Made by a program: the position numbers and the translations under genes. Positions 58,706-64,000 of a DNA stretch of 64,000 nucleotides are shown here, piece after piece. The stretch's first letter is position 1, and each line of letters opens with the position of its first letter. Location: contig CBFFRQ010000017.1 of the NCBI GenBank assembly GCA_965644315.1, forward strand, positions 1 through 64,000. Direction: 5' to 3'. The stretch comes from Caecitellus pseudoparvulus. Taxonomy: Eukaryota > Protista > Bigyra: Bicosoecida. The notes below the pieces were generated by a model. It did not search any database, was not told where the DNA came from, and saw only the letters and a program-made list of their open reading frames with translations.

Positions 58706-58836
58706 GGCCCCCCCGTGCAATGCAGCGAAGTTGGCAAATGCTCGCAAGTGTGCCGGCACGGCACAGGGAGCAAGCCTCACTCGCTCTGAGCGCCACGCCT
58801 TCGCCCTGGCCTAGCTGTGCTCGCACAGCGCTGCAC

Positions 58837-60515
58837 ATGGGTTCAAGTGCAGACATGGCGAGGCCAGGCGGGATTTGGGCGCTGCCCTGTGTCGTGTACG
58901 TGTATGTGTGCATGGCTGCCATCGGAGGGCTTGTGTTCGGTGTGGAGATTTCCATTATTTCAGGCGCCAAGGACGCCTTCAAGGTGCGGGAGGGGCGCCT
59001 CTGCGCTGGGCTGTGACGCCGGCAATTTCCGCACCCACCCCGCTTGTGCCCCCCGCCTGCCAGGACTACTTTCACCTGCATTCCGACACATTCCTGTGGG
59101 GCTTCATCGCGTCATCCATGACGGTAGGCGCCATCGTTGGATCTGGCACCGCAGGGTTGGTTTCTGACGCGCTGGGTCGTCGATGGACGGTTGTGGCCAT
59201 CCTGGCCGTGTACGCTGCAGGCGTGGCACTGGAAGTCACTGCCACGTCCCTCAGCCAGCTGCTGGTGGGCCGCGTGTGTGGTGTCGGCGTGGCTGTCGGC
59301 GCCTTGAGCAACGTCGTGCCCGTGTTCATCGCCGAGCTGGCCCCTGGCCACCTGCGAGGCGCGCTGGTGACGGTGAACCAGCTGGCCGTCTGTGTTGGCA
59401 TCCTGGCCGGTTTCGTGGCCACACTGGCCTTCCCCAGCTGGAGGGCGCAGCTCGCCACTGGCCTCCCATTCGCAGGAGTGTTGGTGGTGTTCTTCGTCTT
59501 CTTCGCACCCGAGTCCCCCCGCTGGCTGGTGGCCGCTGGCAGGCGGCAGGCGGCCCTCAACGTGCTGCTACGCCTGCGGGGTCCCCACCTCGCGGCAGAG
59601 GCACAGGGTGAGCTGGACGGCATCGAGGCCAGCCTGCATGGGCCTGACGCACAGGCGCCTGTCGGCTGTGCCGCCATGGAGCCCCACTTGCTCCGTGCTC
59701 TGGCTGTGGGAGTGGGGCTGTCAGCAGTGCAGCAGGTGACAGGCGTGCAGGTGACCAACTACTTCGCGCAGGATGTGTACCGCGATGCCGGCTTCAGCGA
59801 GGAGCACGCGAAAGAGCAGGCCATTTACATCGGTGTGGCCAAGGTGGCCATGGTGTGTGTGGCCTTCCTGGCCATGGACCGGCTCGGGCGGAAGAGGCTG
59901 CTGGTGGGCGGCGTCCTGCTCATGGCGGCTGCTGTGGCGGCGTTGGGGACAATCTTCACAGTGTACGACCCACAGGCGCATGCAGGGCACGCAGGCCCTG
60001 CGTCGTACGCCGCGGCGGCCTGCCTCATCGTGTTCATGTCGGGCTTTGAGCTGGGCGCTGGGCCAGTCGTGTGGGTGCTGCTGTCCGAGTTGTTCCCGCA
60101 GCGCGTGCGTGGCGTGAGCATGGGCGTGGGCGCCATGAGCAATTGGGCCTTCAACTTCGCGACGGGCCTGTTCTTCCCAGTCCTGCGCAAGGCGCTGGGC
60201 ATCTCCGGTGTCTTCTTCCTGTTCGCGAGCATTGCTACCGCCGGCGCCGTGTGGGTGGCGGCGGTGGTGCCCGAGACGAAGGGGCTGCGTTTGGAGGAAG
60301 TGGAGGAGTTGTTTCGCAGCGGGAGGGGCTGGTGTGCCTTCGACAGCGCGACGAAGCAGGCCAAGGCAGGCACCACAGCCTCGCTGCGCGACGAAGAACA
60401 CGCCTTGCTCCCGCAAGGCTTGGGTGAAGGGGCGGCTCCGTCGCCACCAGCTGCGCCACACCTTGCCCCTGTGCAGGCCCCTCGCCACCGCTCCTCCACC
60501 ACCAGCATTCAGTGA
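58837..60515 (+). CDS. MFS sugar porter family transporter, 1 intron
   Basis: SDALGRR, PVFIAELAP..LRG, PESPRWL, QQVTG, DRLGRK, GPVVWVLLSELFP, PETKG. Confidence 0.95.
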
Positions 60516-60713
60516 ATACAGTACACATTCATGCACCACGCTGACTCTGCGCCCCCCCTTTGTGCTACCTCGCCTTCACGGGAGACACACAGCCACAGCG
60601 CGGGCCAGTGTGGGCCGCAGGTGGCTGTTGGGGAGAGACGTGCAGGCGCATCGCCTGGCAGCCGCTGCCTCACGGCCTGCCAACCCGATCCAGGCAGGGG
60701 AAAGGCGGGAACT

Positions 60714-61655
60714 ATGGCGTTAAAGTGGCGTGTGAAGGTCCCGACGGTCGTGTCCCAGTCGGCATCGCCAGAGGCCAGCCTCTGCGTTGCCGTGGAGCCT
60801 ACTGGCGAAGCTCTGTCCATGTTGCACAGCCAACTTGCACAGGAGCAGCAGAGGCTGCCGTCCATGTCACCCCCTTCCATCGAACAGAGAGTGTTGCAAA
60901 AGTTGCTGTGGGTGGACCTCTTGCCCTGTTCGCAGAGTGGCTGGCCGCTCTTTGGTGCGTGACATGCGACGGTCGGTGACTTGCTGCACTTTTCCCGCAG
61001 CCCCTCGTGCGCCACCCCTTCTCCAGAGTCTGAGCAAAACAGCGACACAGCATACACACGGCTAGTGGAGGCGCTGCATCTTGACCTGCGGCAGAATGTC
61101 ATTCTGCTGACACTGCCAACGGGAGCCCTCTGCAGCAGTTGTGTGCAGCTGCCGTACTGGGTCCTGACGGTGCTGTTTGCCGGCACAGCTATGGCCATGT
61201 CGAACCCATTCGCCGTCTTGCCCCTGAGCCGCCTCCCAAACCGGCCTGCTCTCTGCCTTACCAAGCATGTGGCTGTGCAGCGCCGGCGTGCTCACGAGTG
61301 CATGCGGGCATGCCTGACTTCTGCGCTGCGCGGCAAGGGCAGCCCTCGGGCAGAGCCGGTGCCGCCCTCTACAACCCTGGCGCCCTCCACCGCCCCGTCC
61401 CCGCAGCCTCGGCGCTTTCGTGGCTGTCTCCCGCCAGCGTCAGCCCTGTTGGTTCAGGCTAACGCGTCCCCCCCACAGGCGCCCTGCGCGGCCAAGGGCG
61501 ACATGCCGGCCCCTGCCAGGGTATGCCGCCAGGCAGTACCCCCAGCATCCGCTCAAGGTATCCCCACGAGGGGGCTGGGGAGCGCTCCGGCCCCGCTGGG
61601 CGGTCGCAAGCGGTCCAGGTCAGACTCGGCGGAAGCGAGCGGCAAGCAGAGCTGA
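60714..61655 (+). CDS. Hypothetical protein
   Basis: Two same-frame ORFs joinable by a 42-bp GT-AG intron (60959-61000); basic C-terminal GRKRSR. Confidence 0.45.
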
Positions 61656-61729
61656 AGCTCCAGCCGGCGTCGGTGCAATATACATTCAAGTCCGCGCACA
61701 GGCCCTGGCCCGCACAGCGAGCTTGGGAC

Positions 61730-62868
61730 TCAGCCAGTGCGCGCGCGCTTGGCCTTCTTGGCGCTGCCTGACTTCTTGCTGGCGGCGCCGAGGCCGTCCT
61801 TGACGAACTGGTCCACCACCCAGAAAGTGGCGGGGTCAATGGCGTCGATGTCAATCTCGATGTCATCGGGGTCGATCTTCTTGATGCAGTCGTCGCAGCG
61901 GCTGTCCAGAATCTGCGGGGAGAGGGCGGGGCAGGCGCGGTGTGAGCCAGGCACCACGCCCACTGCGCCGACGACCACGTACCTGCACCAGTTTGCCCAA
62001 GTCCTCGCTGCCGATGAGGTAGATGTTCTGGCTGAAGGCCTTCTTATCAGCCAGGGAGGGTTGCCGCGTCTCCATCTTCATGTCAGCTGCGGACACAGCG
62101 GCAGGGGCGTGATGGGAGCGAGGGAGGAGCACAACGCGGAACTTGCACCCGCGCCTATGCGGCCTGCAGGCTGGCCAGGGGTGCAGACGCACCAGGGTCG
62201 ATCTTGATCTTCTTGAACTTCTCCTGGAAGATCTTCCGCAGGTTCTGGGCCGTCAGGTAGTAGTCCGAGCCGTCCTGCGCACGGTCAGTTCGTCGGCGCG
62301 GCGTGTCACTGTTGATGCAGGGCAGGCCACGCTGCGCTGGCGGCGCACCTGGTTGTAGGTCATGCAGTTGTTCCACACCAGCATCATGTCGTACTCGTAC
62401 TCCAGTGGGTTGTTGTACTCGCCACGGTCCATCTTGGCCTGGAGGGCGGGGAGCGCAATGCCAGCGTGCCGTGTGCTCCAAAAGCCGCGGCGCCGAATGA
62501 ACAACCGCCTGCAGCGCGCACCTGCACCGTGCTCAGGTCCATGGGGTACTTGATGACCTTGGGGTAGTCATGCAGCCCCCACTCCTTCCACCGAACAGGC
62601 TCCAAGAACGGGCCTGTGCGCAGGGGGAGCGGCCGCTTTGCATGGGGACGTTTGCCTCAAATGCACTGCCGGCTCTGCCTGCTCACCGGCATCCTTGTGG
62701 TTCCTGAAGAACGTCAGGATCTTCTGGCACTGTGGGAGGAAGACAAGCACAAGCTCCTGAACATGGGGCACTCTGAGGCCCCTGGCAAGCGCTGCTCCGC
62801 CCACGCACCTGAGCCAAAGCCTCGCTCTTGTGCACGCTGGAGCCAGGTGGCACGCTGTGAGCTGCCAT
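61730..62868 (-). CDS. Single bromodomain + extra-terminal (ET) domain protein, 6 introns
   Basis: PFLEPVRW..GLHDYPKVIKYPMDLSTV, VWNNCMTYN|.DGS; ET domain KKAFSQNIYLI..EDLGKLVQ|I...IEIDIDAID. Confidence 0.92.
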
Positions 62869-63220
62869 GGCTGGGGGAAGGCTGCGGAGTCCGTGGAGTC
62901 CAGGGAAGGGCAGGCTGTCGACCACGTTGACGTGGGGTCTGGGAACTGCAGGTGGTACGTGTGGAGGTTGCGATTGTAAATTGCCGTGTCCCTGAGAAGG
63001 TGGCCGCGTGCCGGCACCTGCGGCGTCTTGCGCAACACACACGGGGCGCCCCTGGTTCACAGGGTGGGGGATGGGGGCTGGACTTTGGCCACAGTCTGGC
63101 ACAATTGCTTCTCACACACCTCTGATCACTATCAGCGACCAACCTGTTGCTCTTCGGGCACTGCCACGGCTTCGCCGGGGAGTTTCGCGTTTCGACGCAG
63201 CCAGCTCCCGCCGCCTACTC

Positions 63221-63769
63221 ATGGAGTGCGTGCTGTGCCCCGGCGCAGGGTCGGTTGCCCCCAAGCGCAGCGCGTCACGAACACACACCCCCTGTCCCAC
63301 CCACAGAGACGGCTGGCGCACCGCAGGCGCGGACAAGCGCAGCTCTCGCGCCCGGCAGGGCTCCTCTCGCTCTGGGCGGCAGTCGGGGCCAACTCGCTCT
63401 GGCGTGCGCAGGACCCGCCCAGGCCCCCGGCGCACCAAGGACGAGCCCCTTGCCCCACCCTCACCCCAGAGCAGCCCCTCACGAGACGCCCCCGCGACGT
63501 TTGACGCCGAGAGCGCCCGTGCCCTGCTGCAGGCCCGGGCTGCAGAGGCGAGCGCGTGGCTGGCCGCCCCCCCTCCGCCCACTGCGCCACTGCACGTGTA
63601 TGAGACGCAGAGCACGCCCAGCACCAACGCATGGGGCAGCAGCAAGCCTGCTGCGGCGCTGCTGGGCTCCACTGTGCCCTTTCCGCAGCGCCTGGCGGCA
63701 GCACGGGATGCGGCCACGGTGGAGGCCAGCCCGGGACAGAGCGCTGCGCCGCCAGGGCTGTCTGCCTGA
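63221..63769 (+). CDS. Hypothetical protein, probable intron after codon 2
   Basis: ATGGA|GTGCGT...CACAG|AGACGGC gives MEDGWRTAG...; head-to-head with the bromodomain gene; AATGCA follows the stop. Confidence 0.5.
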   Translation: MECVLCPGAGSVAPKRSASRTHTPCPTHRDGWRTAGADKRSSRARQGSSRSGRQSGPTRSGVRRTRPGPRRTKDEPLAPPSPQSSPSRDAPATFDAESARALLQARAAEASAWLAAPPPPTAPLHVYETQSTPSTNAWGSSKPAAALLGSTVPFPQRLAAARDAATVEASPGQSAAPPGLSA

Positions 63770-63782
63770 CCAAGCAATGCAT

Positions 63783-64000
63783 TCATGTCTGTTTCAGCTG
63801 CTTGGCCACGTCTGCAAGAGCATCCAGCAGGGCGGTGCCCGTGCCGCCCACAGCCCGAGCTGTGGCTGCTGTCACGTCCAGCGCATGCACGCAACCTGCT
63901 GCGTCGCCCACCAGCACCTCCCCCGCCTTGCCAGGCAGCCACAGCAGGCTAGTGAGGGGCGCTGTGGACACCTGCAGTGCCAGCAGGGGCTTCGCGGCGC
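63783..64000 (-). CDS. C-terminal end of a WD40-repeat-like protein (partial, continues beyond window)
   Basis: APLTSLLWLPGKAGEVLVGDAAGCVHALDV resembles a final WD40 blade. Confidence 0.55.
   Translation of the reverse strand, partial: AAKPLLALQVSTAPLTSLLWLPGKAGEVLVGDAAGCVHALDVTAATARAVGGTGTALLDALADVAKQLKQT

Overview
A gene-dense, GC-rich (roughly 65-70% by eye) eukaryotic window, not prokaryotic. Most genes are interrupted by short GT-AG introns (typical donors GTGCGT/GTGAGT), so the ORF track splits or fuses the real genes. About 28 protein-coding genes can be reconstructed. They include a PhnB/VOC protein, a DHYC palmitoyltransferase, an AP2 factor, Sen54, PhoD, MIOS, an XK-LRR fusion, a GHMP kinase, D-glutamate cyclase, Rpc31, histone H1, a UCP-like carrier, ARV1, MVD, SKI3, ECH1, Bax inhibitor-1, CCDC146, MPP-alpha/QCR2, a sugar porter and a bromo-ET protein. 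The gene content (flagellar CCDC146, mevalonate pathway, AP2 factor) suggests a flagellated protist, possibly a heterotrophic stramenopile (inference). The first ~3.4 kb is a decayed DNA transposon with mirror-image CACTAG subterminal repeats. The most notable observations are: (1) a soluble RNase L/IRE1-like kinase-KEN (HEPN RxxxxH) protein with an unrecognised N-terminal domain, two genes from an XK-scramblase-LRR fusion; (2) a recurrent AAT(G/T)CA hexamer just after most stop codons, a candidate non-canonical polyadenylation signal; (3) a chromo-like + RS + multi-TM protein with lamin-B-receptor-like architecture; (4) a MIOS gene apparently lacking its WD40 propeller. All family calls come from motif recognition by eye; no searches were run.
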